A DNA stretch of 61,501 nt, counting the filler, from Porpidia crustulata (taxonomy: Eukaryota), in the NCBI GenBank assembly GCA_964255105.1. It is 4 parts of 4 records of this genome, joined end to end, with 100 filler letters (N's around TTAATTAATTAA, not from the genome) between each part and the next. Parts side by side here need not be neighbours in the genome. Positions count along the whole stretch, not along the records: positions 1 to 15,311 come from CAXUWE010000322.1; 3 more parts are not named here. One strand, written 5' to 3'. The notes beneath the pieces were generated by a model. That model ran no database searches. It saw nothing but the letters and a program-made list of their open reading frames with translations, and was not told the DNA's origin. Position numbers and translations under genes: made by a program. Below, piece by piece: positions 1 to 13,185 of this stretch. The stretch's first letter is position 1. The number at the start of each line of letters is the position of its first letter.

Positions 1-667
1 GTCTAAAGTCGCCATTTTTAAGGAGAAAGGGGGGAGGGGGTTGGGGGGATGAGAGAATTGATGAGGAAAGAGTAGAGGGCTAATTGAGGAAAGGTCTGAC
101 GCTCCAAGCGTTTCTGGTAGGTGATCGGGTTCGGGATCAAATCTGGAGAGTTCAGTGAATAGTTATGGGTTTGGGAATAAGCGTGGTCAGGCGAAGAATG
201 AGTTAGTTACTGCACCAGGCAGTGGCTAGTCACCGAAAGAAAGCGGTGAATTTAGTTGACTTGAATTTCTACAGTAAGTTTGTGAACAAGCTTGAAGCTC
301 TTGAGAATTGATGCGACAAACATTGCTACGGCGGCCTTTGCACGCTGAAGGTGCAAATCAAATATTTGTCTGAGACAGCCAGACAGCTTAATCAGAAAGC
401 TTTCCATATATCTCATTGTCGTACCATATTCTACACGTCCTATGTGCCAGCGAAGCTTTGTAAATTTTGAGACCCGACGATTACGTCCAAATGGCTATGC
501 AATTTCTCCTTCTTTTCGAGTTCCCTAGGTATTTGGACCCAACAGCATGAAGCACTCTCACTGTCGCTTGCAAGCTTACTATGAGACTCCTGTTACACCA
601 TCGCGGAAGAACCTTCTGTAAATGCTCGACGGACAACATCAAATCATGGGTATCATCGCAAAGCATG

Positions 668-1463
668 TCACTTGCTCTGACTATTGATATAGCTCAAGTA
701 GCAATTCCACCCTGTTGCACAGTCAGTGACCGTGTCTTGAGACTTTGTCCTCAAATAGATAGAGTAAGAGATAGGACATACCCAAAGAAATTACATTTAC
801 AACCAGAACCCTATGTTCCAGCGGCACCAATTTGAAATTGATTGCCTGAACCCATGGCCACACCATCCAGTTCTTCTGGAGCGCCTGGACATATGTACTC
901 TCCAGCTTATCTTTTGGACTCGTTCCTTCCATGACAGCCATGCTGCTAAGGAAAAAAAAGAGGTTGGTAGATGCAAAGACGCATTGATCAGTCAGGACGC
1001 GAGCGGCAATAGTGGTATTGGGGTTCTTGAGGTTGATCTTCTGCTGGAGAAATTTGAACCATGTTGTTGCGCCGGGGCCAAAGACAGCTATGGTAGAGTC
1101 ATGTTAGCCTTGCAATCTTACTGAAGAGTAGATGTCTAGAAGCTAAATCTGCGACATACCACCTCCATACAAAGCCATGCGTCCCGTCCGTGCAAAACTG
1201 TGTTTCTCCGGCCCCGCACGCTCAACTGCTTGCTGTGCCATAACATCTCCGGTTGCAAAGAGAATCTGAGGGAAATTGGTATTAGGGTGAGTTTGAAATG
1301 CTAAATCTATCCTGAGAGTCGCATTGACTAACTGCAGTCGTAATGCTCTGGGTAAGCAGGGGCCGGCGGGCGAGTCTAGCTTGATACCTGCGCGACGTCA
1401 GATTGCAAGTAACATATGTGGCAGCAGTTGCTGCGTGCTTCACATGACATACCATCGTAACAT
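668..1463 (-). CDS. SYM1: Mpv17/PMP22-family mitochondrial inner-membrane protein (multi-exon)
   Basis: Manual splicing: [22 protein letters not shown]|...[48 protein letters not shown] introns; typical Sym1 motifs. Confidence 0.9.
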
Positions 1464-2089
1464 TCTTACGACGTTATGTAGCCGAAGAGCGTTTCAAATG
1501 TCAAATAATGTAAATGTTGCTACTGAATCCAATGCCATGGTTTTGAAGTATGGACCAAGGTTGGTGAGCTCCCACGCTTCTTATCTATTCGTTGATAGTC
1601 GGAACCAATTCCGCATCAAGTGTATAAGGCGACCAATGAACAATGGCCCTGGATAAGGGTCAGGCACAATTTAAGATATCGCCCCCGTTAGGACAAGTTC
1701 ATTCAATGGAATTTTTCGACTTCAATGCATTCAATGAAGCTGTAGAGTATCAAGGATAATGGGTATCTATCGCACACAGCCCCTTTGCATCGGGCGAGAT
1801 TACAAAAGGTTTGGCAGCTACCAACTCCACACAGGAAAAGGTACCACTTTTGTTATTAGACACAATAGAAGAGAATGCAAGGAAAGAATGATTAATCCAA
1901 CGAAAGGTGAAGACAGTATTTGTTATCAAGATTTTGTCCCTATGAGCCTTTCATGACCAAGAAGTTCCTTCGGATCTCCGTTCTAAGGCGTGCGGGCGAG
2001 AGCGCTAGAAAAACATTCGCGAAAGAGGTGAAGCAAGTGGCAGATATACCGTAATTATCGAGTCGGTGGGGTGTATCAGTATGACCGTA

Positions 2090-3461
2090 CTAAGGATGGG
2101 TCTTATTGTTCTGGGGAAGCACTACCTTGACCACAACCACCACAACCACCACAATGATGATGACCAGGATCACTAACGTTTCAGGTCAGCAAACAAATTC
2201 TGGAATGGGCAGGATTTAGATATAGCTTACAGAATATGAACAAACAGATCCACTTCTTTCGGTTCCGGCTCTTCGCTTTGCTAATGGCGCCGTCCAATTG
2301 GGTGTTTGCCTGGCCAATGTTCTCATGAGTACCCTCTGCTTTTTGTTCAATGTCGACGATAGCGGGCTCTTGTTGAACGATGGCAGCATCGACATCTTGG
2401 AACAGTTGCCCAAGTTCAATCATCTGTTGCTCAATCTTTTGAATGGCCTCATGTCTGCCTTGCACGGCACGCAGTGCCGACTGAGATTCGCCCCGTCGAT
2501 TGCCTTGCAGTAGCTAGACAGAATTAGCGTTACGCCGTGAGGAGTTTGGAAAATGCTTACAGCTTGTGTGAAGACTTGGTTGTTTGAGGTGTCTTCAACA
2601 GCTTCTCTAACTTCCTGCTCGCTTGCATCTGGTCTGACGATTCGGTATTGCCTCTCCATCTGTGCCGACAGCTTTTGCCGGAAGCTACTCTCAAGCTGCT
2701 GATATTCGTTGATTGCGGCTTTTAATTTTCGGTCAACCTTGCCGACTTGTGGGGCGTTCCTGGCATCCCCAGATTCTCTCTGAGACTTGATGTTCTTGAT
2801 CCTCGCACCAAAGTTTCTGTAGAGAGTCATAGTCTCTGAGCCAAGGGCATCTAATTCGCGGTTTGTTTGGGTGTGCTGGCTTGCGTCAGGGTCATCAAGT
2901 GCACGCTGTTGTAGAAATCGAAGACGTTCAAGGTTCCTCTCGATAGCATCAATTCCCCGGTCAATGTCTCGACATTCATTGAGTATGGCGTTAGGATCCC
3001 GCCCTCCCCCTTGGCCGGATGCGCCAGCTTGTCCATTCATGGGTTGCATCTCCATGTCATTCCCTCCTACTATCAGACGTCACTTATTGTGCCGTGTAGC
3101 AGATTTAACGAACTTACCATATCCTGTAGTCTGGCCAGTGGTCTGACCATAAGCGCTACCATTGCCATAGCCGCCTTGAGGTTGTTGCTGCCCTCCATAA
3201 GCAGGCTGATTGTATGTAGTGCCTCCTTGTTGTCCATAGGGGTTGCCAGCAGGTTGGTTGTACCGGTTCGCTCCTCCTTGTGCATAGGGATTGGGCTGGC
3301 CGTAGCTGCCTTGGTTATTACCACCATATTGCTGCAGATCGAACAGCATCGTTAGCCAGTCTAATCATCAATGTAACACGCCACAGCGCTCAAAGGCGGT
3401 CGCTATACTCAAGCCAGATCCTCTGAGCTTGTCTCGCTGATTATGTGATGCTTACAGCCAT
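2090..3461 (-). CDS. SSO1: Plasma-membrane t-SNARE syntaxin (Sso1/2-like), multi-exon
   Basis: 6-nt first exon ATGGCT|gtaag; Q/G/Y-rich N-terminus; syntaxin helices (RQYRIVRPDASEQEV); SNARE motif RHEAIQKIEQQMIELGQLF...RNRKKW; C-terminal TM exon ILVIIIVVVVVVVVKV. Confidence 0.92.
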
Positions 3462-4252
3462 TGCGATTCTTGAATTCCTCAGACCCCTGATCTAGCGCTG
3501 CTCCCTTTGGTCGAGGCGAGGAAGAAAGTTGCAAGTAGAATGGGAAATCTCTGAACGATAAATAAGAGAAGGTGATTCGAAAGAAGAAAGGAAGTAGAAT
3601 GTTGATGCCTGGTAACGGTGCGAATGAAGGAAAGAATTCGGCTGCTGACTTGGAAGGGTTCCTCAGCAACTTCTTAGTCGTGAGTAAGATTTCGAGGTTC
3701 CGCGTAGCGCCGCCTTCACGCTTTGTCCAGAAACGGACTACGCTGGTTTGAAGAGCGAAGATTAAAGGTTCTGAAATTAACTCAACAATGAGCTTTGAGC
3801 CTTCAACAGAGGGATACTTTCACAAAAGAAAAATAGAATAGTTTTTCAGTCAGACTCTCGACATAATCCTACAAGATAAAGTGTAGTGCTTTGGATGTTT
3901 TTCAGACACCGAGAGCTTGCGTCTGCCTCTTCGCTGCGCCTCGTTATTCTTGGATTCCTTTAGGCCTGCATTGTCTTTCCTCAATCGCGCGTCATCACGT
4001 TGGCGCAGCTCTGTACTACACATCTTGGACACCGTACTCATACTGGATTACTCAATGGTTCGGTCATGCTTCTTGTCCTAACCAAATGGCTATGCGCCTT
4101 AAATTTTATGGCTTAGTCTCCCGAAAAGAAATCCACCACAGACCACAAATATCCTAATCGCGAGCCGTCTCCTACATAAATCGGCCTTTCCAACGCCTTG
4201 TGCAATGTTGCAATGCTCTCAAATCTATGTTTTTGACCGGGTATCTCTTATT

Positions 4253-5876
4253 CTATGACTGGACGGCAGTCTGTGTTGCTTCCTGCTCTTTCGTGCTCCA
4301 TCGTGTCCTCTCGTCCCCGTTTGCCCATTCCTTCTCCAGATATCCTAACCTCTTCTTAACTTCATTTACTGTGTTAACGTCGCCTGTGTTCTTGCCAATA
4401 TTATCACTGATCTTGATGGCGGGTCTTCCATTTGCAGAAGATATCTTGATTACGATATTCAGTGGTGCCGATTTCTCTCCGTTTGACCTGTTGGTAAAGT
4501 CATCTACGCAGATTAGTACAAAATCGTCAATAATCGTCTTTGCATGCTTACTTGTAAAGAAGGTGCCAACACCAAAGGTCGGCAGGAATCCAGCCTCTTC
4601 TGCGGCTTTCTTATACTCTAAACAGAGCCCAAGGTTGAGCGAGTCAGAGAAAACAATCGTCTTACTTTCTGTGATGCCCTCACTGTCATAGAAATTTCGC
4701 ATGAGCTTCACGAATTCCAAAGGATTTCCGGAATCTTGACGAACGCCTTGGAAGATTTGTGCATAGGATCGTTCGGTGTTTCCATTTGTGCCTCCGTTGA
4801 CACCATTCTCTAATTCTGTACCAGGCATGATTGTTGCTATTGGGATTCTGGTTGTCACCGCATCCCTTTTAGCTCTCGTGGACGTGGGCATTGTCTGTTT
4901 GAAGGCTTTAAGAAACGCTGGTGTGCCGAATGTATCTGTCAGTGCTATTCCAAGGACGCCTTCTCCAAAACAGCCGACCCAATAACGCAGCGCGGTCTCA
5001 TTTGCGTGCTCGTAGTCAGTGATAGAGGCTATTCCCATGAACCATTCATGGGCCACAGTTCCCACTGGCGGCACGCCGTATTTCATGGCGAAGTGAACGT
5101 TACTTGTCCCTCTGAGCTTTCCCTTCCACGCATGCTGAGTTCCCTCAAGTGCCGCTTGTTTCAAGCCTTGCATTACCAGATCTTGAGTATGGTAGTCCCT
5201 TCTCCGTCTAGTACCAAATTCAGAGAACATGCATCCACCCTTGATCAATGTCGTGCCCTTGTCACGAGCTTTCTCTTTTTGCCCGTCATAACTCCAGTCT
5301 TTGTCACAGAATTTGAAATAAGCCTCGCTTGTCAGAGCAAGTAATGGGATTTCATAGAGGATGGTGTCCAGCCACAACCCTCCTACGTGCAATTTGACTT
5401 CACCCACATCCTCCGCACGGCCTGAATCAATGCTGGCGGTCCATGAGCTCTGAACCTGTTTTGAGGGCTGAAGGCGGAAGGAGCTAAGGAAGCGCAGATA
5501 GGACTCGTTCAAATAGGGGCAGGTATCTTTTAAAAACTGAAGCTCGTCTTCTGATAGCGATATTTTTCCCAGCTCTGGCGTTCGAAGTCAGTGTTAAGGG
5601 ATCGCATGAGAAGACATAGCCATACTACTTATCTGTGATTCTAGCCACTGATATGCTTCGCGCGTAAGCTTCATTTGAGGAGTCCTGTTTGTGAATGCAT
5701 ATGTGACCTCTGTTAAATCTTAGTCGGTGTTACAGCAATTGCGTTCATCTGCACTTACGGACATCGGGAAGAAAGTAATGGATAGCACATTGCATCGTCA
5801 GCTTGTAGAGATCAGTATCCAATAAAGAACAAATTCCCTCTGGTAGATTAGTGCTAATCGCATTATGCTGAGCCAT
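4253..5876 (-). CDS. NPT1: Nicotinate phosphoribosyltransferase
   Basis: SLLDTDLYKLTMQ in exon 1; SEFGTRRR, GTSNV, GTVAHEW, LTDTFGT, GVRQDSG, VFSDSL, FGVGT, KISDNIGKNTG; introns near 5710-5758, 5574-5627 and 4504-4551. Confidence 0.95.
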
Positions 5877-6634
5877 GATGGCTTGGGGTAGATATTGTAG
5901 ATATATTAGATTTTGAGATAGTAACAGAGATAAATTATGCTATGCCAGAGACTCAAGATTAATCATGGATGGTGATAATGACTTTCAGCAATTATAGTAA
6001 TGTTCGTATTGATATTTGGATAGTTTGGTAGGATGCCATGATGCATGGATGCTTTATCAAGACTTATCAATGTCGTGCATCAGCAGCGACGGGAACGCTA
6101 AGATAAGATCGGAATTTCCTAAACCCAAATTGGCATTAACATCGCATGCAGGTGACTGTAGGTACCAAATATATACTTTGTAGTATGGCTGTACAAGAGA
6201 GTCTTTGAATGCCTACAATTGCCAGCAGTAACAAGGACGGTTGCTGTACTTGAACAATTTCTATCTATGAGTCAACTCGAGTCTTTTCCTCATTTGAAAG
6301 GCTTATGATGGTCCCTTGTAAATTTCTCTCCAATGCCATACTTCAATCTTTCTGGTAGAATCTTGATTCAAAGGCGCGGCAAACTTTTTAGAGATCCCTT
6401 CGACCAAGGTCCTACTTGTTGGCAACTATACATCCTCGAGTGACAATAAGACGTAGAAAAGCGGACTACCCAGCGACCTGGACTGAAACACCGTCATTAG
6501 CTCTTCCCCTTGTCTTAAAACCCTAACCTTCAACTTGGCAGTCGAAAATTCCGGTCGTTGAAGAATTCTATCAAACTACCTCAAATCTCAAACAACACTC
6601 CAGGAGAGAATGGTTTCGTAAATGATGCCTCAGA

Positions 6635-8307
6635 TTAGGCATCAACACCAGCGCGCGTCCCCCACGTCGTGACTCCAAAAGTCAAAAGGGCGTACAACTT
6701 GATGAAAGAATGAAAATATCCGAAGACGATGTATCCAGGGAGGTAGACGAGATCACCAGGATTCCGCCAAAAATGCGGAAAAGGCTTGACCAATTTGGAA
6801 CCGAGAATCCAAAGCCCGAGATAGATTATTGCGAATGTTGGTCCAATCCGCTGGATGAGGGGACACGCACGAGAACGCCACATCGTGTAGAAAAGAGCAG
6901 TATCGTAAAACAAAGCAAAATTGACGAAAGAGGTCAGGTAGATCGCGTAGACACTCCACGGTTGAGCACGCCATACTGTGCCTTCGGAAAATAAGCTTAC
7001 TACGTTGCTACGCCATGTTGTTCTCGACCAACGTAGACATTGCAAGAGAAACTTAGGATATGTTCCCAGTGTTGTCAAAATCCTAGCTTCGTCAGAATAT
7101 TGGATTTTGATCTTCCAGCCATGGTTGACCATCCAGCGGGTAATGAAGTTGTCGCTACACATGATTAGCCACCCAGATATGTATCGCGACGCGTTCGAGG
7201 ATGTCAGAAAGATAGACGACTCACTCATCTGCGTGTAGTGGGCCAAATAGACCCAAAAAAATATACTCGTTGAGAAAGCCATGAATAAAGCCGTCATTCT
7301 GTAGTATATGTGTCCGGTGTGCAGATGTACGGCCTGAGAGACAGAATATGCCACCATCTATATTGTTGGTGGCTGCAATCTCGAAATTATGGCGTTCAAG
7401 ATATAGCGTTCCAATAAAGTTCCAAAAGTCGGCCCAAGAACGATGCGGCAACTTCCGAATAACCCTTTTGCAGGTTCCGACAGCTCCAACGCGGTGATCG
7501 TCATCGAACGGAGCAAGGAGATTCAGAAAAAAGGCCTCGGGCCAGATCACATGATCATCACAAAGGACCGTGATGGGGGTTTGGACCTAGCAAAGTACAG
7601 GTAAGTAAGTCTCCGCTCACAAAATTGGCATGGCCTTTCAGGAACTAGTGATCAAAACCGCTGGTTATGTTCCCAGGGTAGTTTCATAAACTTCCTATAA
7701 CCAATGGGTCCTTGGATTGAGAAGCAGAGGATTCCAGGAAAGCCTTGGGTATTCATACCTCTGGCAGCGCCTTGCACACTTGTGATCTCTTGTTCGGAAC
7801 GTTACAGTGAAATAGTTCGAAGACATCTTCATCATCGTAGGAGCTGCAAACCCCCTTTGCCTCGGCCTCTTTTCCTGGGCCGGCTGTGACAATGATAATC
7901 TTGGCCGGGTGGTTCTTTTTTATGGAGGAAATGCAATTTATAAAATCATCTCCTGAAGGTTCAACAGACGGGACGATCACGGTAACATCCTTTGGCCGTA
8001 GTGTTGGAAGATTTGGAAAAATTGGAATCGGAGTTTCCTTGCATGTCAGGAAGGAAATCGTGTTCACCACCAAACGGGTATACCGAAAGATGAATAAGGA
8101 AATGAACGTTTGAGTCCATCTGTTGAGAGAGAGAAAATTTTCCACAAAGGTGGAAATGACTGGATGGATGGATACATAGTTGATTATGGTGACAGCAAAG
8201 ATATTTCCGACCGGCGAATACTGGAGTACGTCAAATATAATATGTACTGGTACGAAAAATCCTGCGACTGCCAACAGCGCTAGGAAGGCCTTCGATTGCG
8301 CAGTCAT
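6635..8307 (-). CDS. GT2 processive glycosyltransferase, Cps1-like polysaccharide synthase (multi-exon)
   Basis: N-terminal TM; DVTVIVP, NKRSQV, DDHVIWP, YLERHNFE, LSGRT, spliced ADDDNFITRW, QCLRWSR (QxxRW), C-terminal TMs ending TTWGTR. Confidence 0.85.
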
Positions 8308-9007
8308 GGAGATATGGCTCAGCAGGTTCGCTATCTTGACTCAAAGGTCTTGAAGCAGGCAATTGTATCTTCAAGCTGTAGAGCTATTGATTCACATCGT
8401 GTGGGGAAAGACAAGATTCACAGGATGAAACAGCTCAACCAAATAACCTACCAACAAAGAGTCCATAACGTGAACGGAAATAAAGCATGCACACGTCTAT
8501 CGAAGTTGGAAATCCAACCGTTTACAATGAACACTTCCAAGTATGTTGAGACGCCCAAAGCAGTCACTCCTGGCGCCTAAGCAACACAAAGAATTTCTGA
8601 TCGGCCGACTGTGTTGATGGTCAATAATAAGAGGAGAAATGAATGGTCCTGTAACGTTATTAGGAGACCGATGGCTGTACTCGCTGCGGCAATGGCAAGC
8701 TCTAAGGGTATGTCTCCTGTCTCTCATATGCAACTATCCACGTCGCGCAAAATACAAGATCATTAGACATTGGTAGCTGGATCCGATGACGAAAATGCTC
8801 ATTGGACTGTCCGAAAGTTACGAGCAGGGACTCAATTGATCGCGCGGACAAAGTTAACTATAGCAGATTAGCTCGAAATTGATGACGCTTTTCTTCTGTT
8901 CAATCTGGATTGACACAGCAAAACGGAACTGACTGTTCATCTTATGGATTTGTCTAGTCGCATCATGACACAGGAGCCTGGACTTCGGTCGACAAGAAAG
9001 GCCTTAC

Positions 9008-10973
9008 CTATTCCCGAAGAAAGGTTTTATATGTTGGCGAATCCGAACAGTCCAAGAAAGGATACCCAAGTTTAACAAGAAAGCCCTCAAGCTCTTTTAT
9101 CTCTGCCAGAGGACATTGGATACCAGCTAATACTTTGCCAACATCACCGCCGTGATTTCGATAATGGAACAACGAAATGTTACGGTCAGGGCGTAGGGTC
9201 GTGAGAAATTTAACTAGTGCTCCTGGTCTCTCAGGGAACTCAAATGAGTAAAGCCGCTCGTCCTGCACAGTACTGCGGCCACCAACTAAGTACTTAATAT
9301 GAGATTTTGCGAGCTCGTCGCCACTAAGATCCATTGCGACCATACCATCGTTACTTAGACGATGAATGAGGTCAGATAAATCCGACGTGCGCGTCGATGC
9401 ATTAACCGAGATTCCCATCAAGACGTTTGCTGATCGCTCCTGTGCGTACCGATAACTGAACTCGGTTACCGCATGCGGAAGAATGGCTTTTGTGAGCTCT
9501 GCGAATGACCCAGGTCTTTCTGGGATCTTTACGCTCAGTAAGGCTTCTTTCTTCTCGCCCAACGCAGCACGGTCTGCAACAAATCGCAAGCGGTCGAAGT
9601 TCATGTTGGCGCCTGACGCTATTGCTACCAAGCCCCTTTTAGACTTGGGTGACGGGTTCTTCGCTACATATTTTTTTAGACCTGCCAATGCCAGAGCCCC
9701 GGCAGGCTCAACAATAGATCGTGTATCCTCAAATACATCTTTTATGGCTGCACATGTTTCATCAGTGGTGACTTGGATAATATCGTCAACAACCTCAGAG
9801 CATAATCGGAATGTCTCTTCGCCTACGGTTTTGACCGCAGCACCATCTGCAAATAGTCCAACCTCATTAAGCACCACCCGCTCTCCTTTCTTTAGCGATT
9901 GTACCATTGCGTTGGCATCATAGGTCTCAACGCCAATAATCTTCACATCGGGAGCAATACGTTTGATATAGACGCCGAGCCCTGCAATAAGACCACCTCC
10001 ACCAACACAGCTGAACACAGCCTCTAGATCTTGTAGATTTGTTTGCCTGAGTAGCTCCATGCCGATTGTACCTTGCCCTGCTATTACATATGGATCATCG
10101 AAAGGAGGAATGTTAGTGAGGCCATGTAGCTTCTCGAGTCGGTGGGCTTCGCATTTGGCAGAATCGAAATCTTCACCGTAGAGCACAACGGATCCCCCCA
10201 GCCGTGATACATTTAGGTGTTTGATCGAAGGCGTCCCGGCTGGCATGACAATTGTGGCAGGTATTTTAAGTTGACGGGCGGAATATGCGACCCCTTGAGC
10301 ATGATTTCCTGTATGCTCTCAGCCATCGGCCGACCAAGAAGGAGCTGCTTCTATCACCAGCAGAGCAAGCTACCACCCCTTTCCAGCGCTCACTTGGCCC
10401 CAGGTGGGCCATCTTATTGTACGCTCCTCTTAACTTGAAGCTGAAGACCGGCTGAAGATCTTCCCTTTTCAACAGAACCTTACATTCTAAGCGATTGCTG
10501 AGGTTGACTGCGTGTGTTAAAGGGGTCTCCTTCACAACATCATAGACTCGGGAAGTAAGGATCAGACGCAGATACTAAGATGGATTAGTAACATTGGATT
10601 TTTAGGACAAGGCGTTGAAAATAACATCTGGATACCCGTCTTGGAGTAAGTATTCTGTGGGGACCGAAGATAAAATTGTCGTCTTCTCAGTTGGGGAAGG
10701 ATTGGCGGTGTACTCAGTTAACGGCATCCCAGTGGTAGGTGTCGACTCCTGTGCGGAGGTACCATTGACCATCTGTACAGAAGGCATGGTGTTACCTACG
10801 CAATATAAACGTGGATGTTAGACATTGTTATTGCTATAATCGCTTCGGAATTGACTTAAATAAACTGGAATAAAGCTTTACTCACTGACGCGCATGCCGC
10901 ATGCTAAGATGCCGCTTAACTTTAGCCCCGGGAGCGATCTCATAGGGCTGGCCAGGAAGATGTAAAGCGTCAT
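9008..10973 (-). CDS. ILV1: Threonine dehydratase (biosynthetic) with C-terminal regulatory ACT-like domains
   Basis: PLP motif [29 protein letters not shown] (spliced), [21 protein letters not shown]; 5' exon 10973-10886 splices in frame to the exon holding ATG 10787 (true start uncertain). Confidence 0.95.
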
Positions 10974-11097
10974 TTCCAATCTAGCCCGTTACGCCTATCT
11001 TGTCCCAGGATTGAATACGGAATCGGAGTAATGTGATGAAAGCAGACCAACTTGGCTACTCCCTTCGTCGAATTGGTTTCCGCTAGATCCTTTCACC

Positions 11098-11853
11098 ATG
11101 TCTGACGCACCTCTACCCTCATCTTTTGATGGCGATACGTACGGCATCTTCACCAATATATATCTTACTCACCCCACGCTGATATACTCTCAGAGATTTC
11201 TACGAAGAGAACAGATGGCAAAAGTTCAGTCGCAAATTGAAAGAGGAGCCCTTGATACCCCTAGGTCCGCATAAACCCAATGCCTTCCAGGTCGCCCTGA
11301 TCTGATTTACCAGCATGCAGGCATTGCTGCGACTTGCTACGCGTTCTATCAAGCCGGACGAGCCATTCACCATGGCGACTCCCTGACAGCTAATCGGATG
11401 TTCCGACAGCGTCTCTACGCCCAATCGTTCACACTCGTTGCCATGGTGGCCGGCTCAATGTACTACAAGAAAGATCGGATCAGACGGAAGGAGTTTGAAG
11501 GGGTGATTGCGGAGAAGAAGGCGAAAGAAAAGAATGAGGCGTGGATACGAGAATTGGAGGCTCGGGACCGGGAAGATAAGGAGTGGAGGGTGCGGATGGG
11601 GAAGATAGACGCGGCTGAAGCGATGGCGGTGGAAAGGGAAAAACAGGAGCAAAAGGAAACGGGGAGCATTGTCGCGGCAGTGAAGGAGCTTGTTTCAGAC
11701 AACACGAATCAAACACAGAAGGGAATGGATCAGAAGATGCAAGGCGCTGTTACGAGCCTTAACGAAGAGCCGACTGGCTTGACAATGAGAAATTCACAAG
11801 GTGGGACGGGGAAACAGAACAATTATGATGCGAAAGGTGCTTCTGATGATTAA
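11098..11853 (+). CDS. RCF1: HIG1-domain respiratory supercomplex factor 1
   Basis: [73 protein letters not shown]; two introns. Confidence 0.9.
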
Positions 11854-12339
11854 AGATACCCGTCTTTAAGTTGGAGCAGAGCCAACTTAGATGACGGACC
11901 AGCAAGTCAGGAATTATATCATCCATTGTGGGTTTAGGCTGGGTTGGATTGGATGGTGCATAGCGTTGGAGTGGTAGACTTTGGGCCAGTCTTGAACAAA
12001 GGCATTCGGATAGCGTCAATAAAAGAAATGACATCTAAGCCTGACCTCCGTCAATCAATTGAGAAGACGAACATCCCGAGCCCAATTCTATAAGCCAGGT
12101 TACGTCCCAATTGGAAATCCGATTGCGGTTGAACTGTGCAAATAAATTGAGGTCATACTGCAACATCAGTAATGTACCATATCTTTCGGCCAGGAGCAAC
12201 CCGCCTCGATTCATCCATCTGTTCTGTGAGCTTCCAAGTTTTTTCGTAATGACCTACTCCACCAGTGCCTCAGGGACAGGACACTGCTCAAGACCACATA
12301 AAAGATACAACGCCATGCAATGCAATACATGAAGCCTCC

Positions 12340-12793
12340 TCAGCCCTGCCGTTGCTTGTGTTTCGGATTCTTCGAGCAAATAATATACACATAACCCTTC
12401 CTCCGCACACTCTGCGCACCACACATGAGTCAGCAAAGACCTCTTCCCTCTGCTCCTACATCTATGAAATGGAGAATGTATAGGGCCCTTGTAAATGTAC
12501 CAATCTCAACGTACCTTACACCCATCGCAAAGCTTCTTCACACTACTCCTGACCTTCATGCCTCTCGACTGCTCAATATTCTTGCTTCGGAGTAGATTCA
12601 AGACGGGTCTCTTGTAAAATCTTCCTAATGTCCTGCTGACGCTGTGCCATGAGAACGGTCGTAACGAGATTGAAGTATGGTGGCCGTTGGATATTGAGTA
12701 GAGTGATGCTCGTAAGTTTATCTGTGAGAGAGCGGTGCGTGGGAATTGGTAGAGGAGCGAGGTAGCTTTTGCGACTCCTTGGGATTGAAACAT
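12340..12793 (-). CDS. RTC6: Mitochondrial ribosomal protein bL36m
   Basis: R/S-rich presequence, then RGMKVRSSVKKLCDGCK|SVRRKGYVYIICSKNPKHKQRQG* (L36 zinc ribbon); one intron. Confidence 0.9.
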
Positions 12794-13185
12794 GGTTGAG
12801 GTGGAAGGTGATGGGAATGGTAGAGGCTTCTGTGTTGTGGAGAGAGGTTCAGTCGATGCGATCAGAGACAATTTCTAGGATTGTAATCATCTGAAGCTAT
12901 ACTCCTGTAGTCTTGTCTTAGAATTGAATTGCGTGGTATCTTGATGATCGTTCAAATGTTTTGTAGCTACTGTCGTACCCTTAATCATGTAGACTGGCGG
13001 AACTTTCCGCTCGTGACTTAATTTCCTACTTCCTCGTTCAGTAGTTATGTTTTTTTTTTTTTTTAAATGGTAATGTACAAACTGTGATGACTGTCTACGC
13101 ACATGATGTGGACTTGAAAATCTCATAGTTTAGTGAATCTTGAGAATAAGCATCCGAGGCTCCAAGGCCTCGCGCCACCGTTTAT

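Noticed and set aside
1..15. Possible minus-strand gene start (MATLD) running off the window
   Set aside because: Only five codons visible
4504..4551. Stop-free in-frame 48-nt intron in NPT1
   Set aside because: Canonical donor, branch and acceptor; an ordinary short intron read through by the ORF finder
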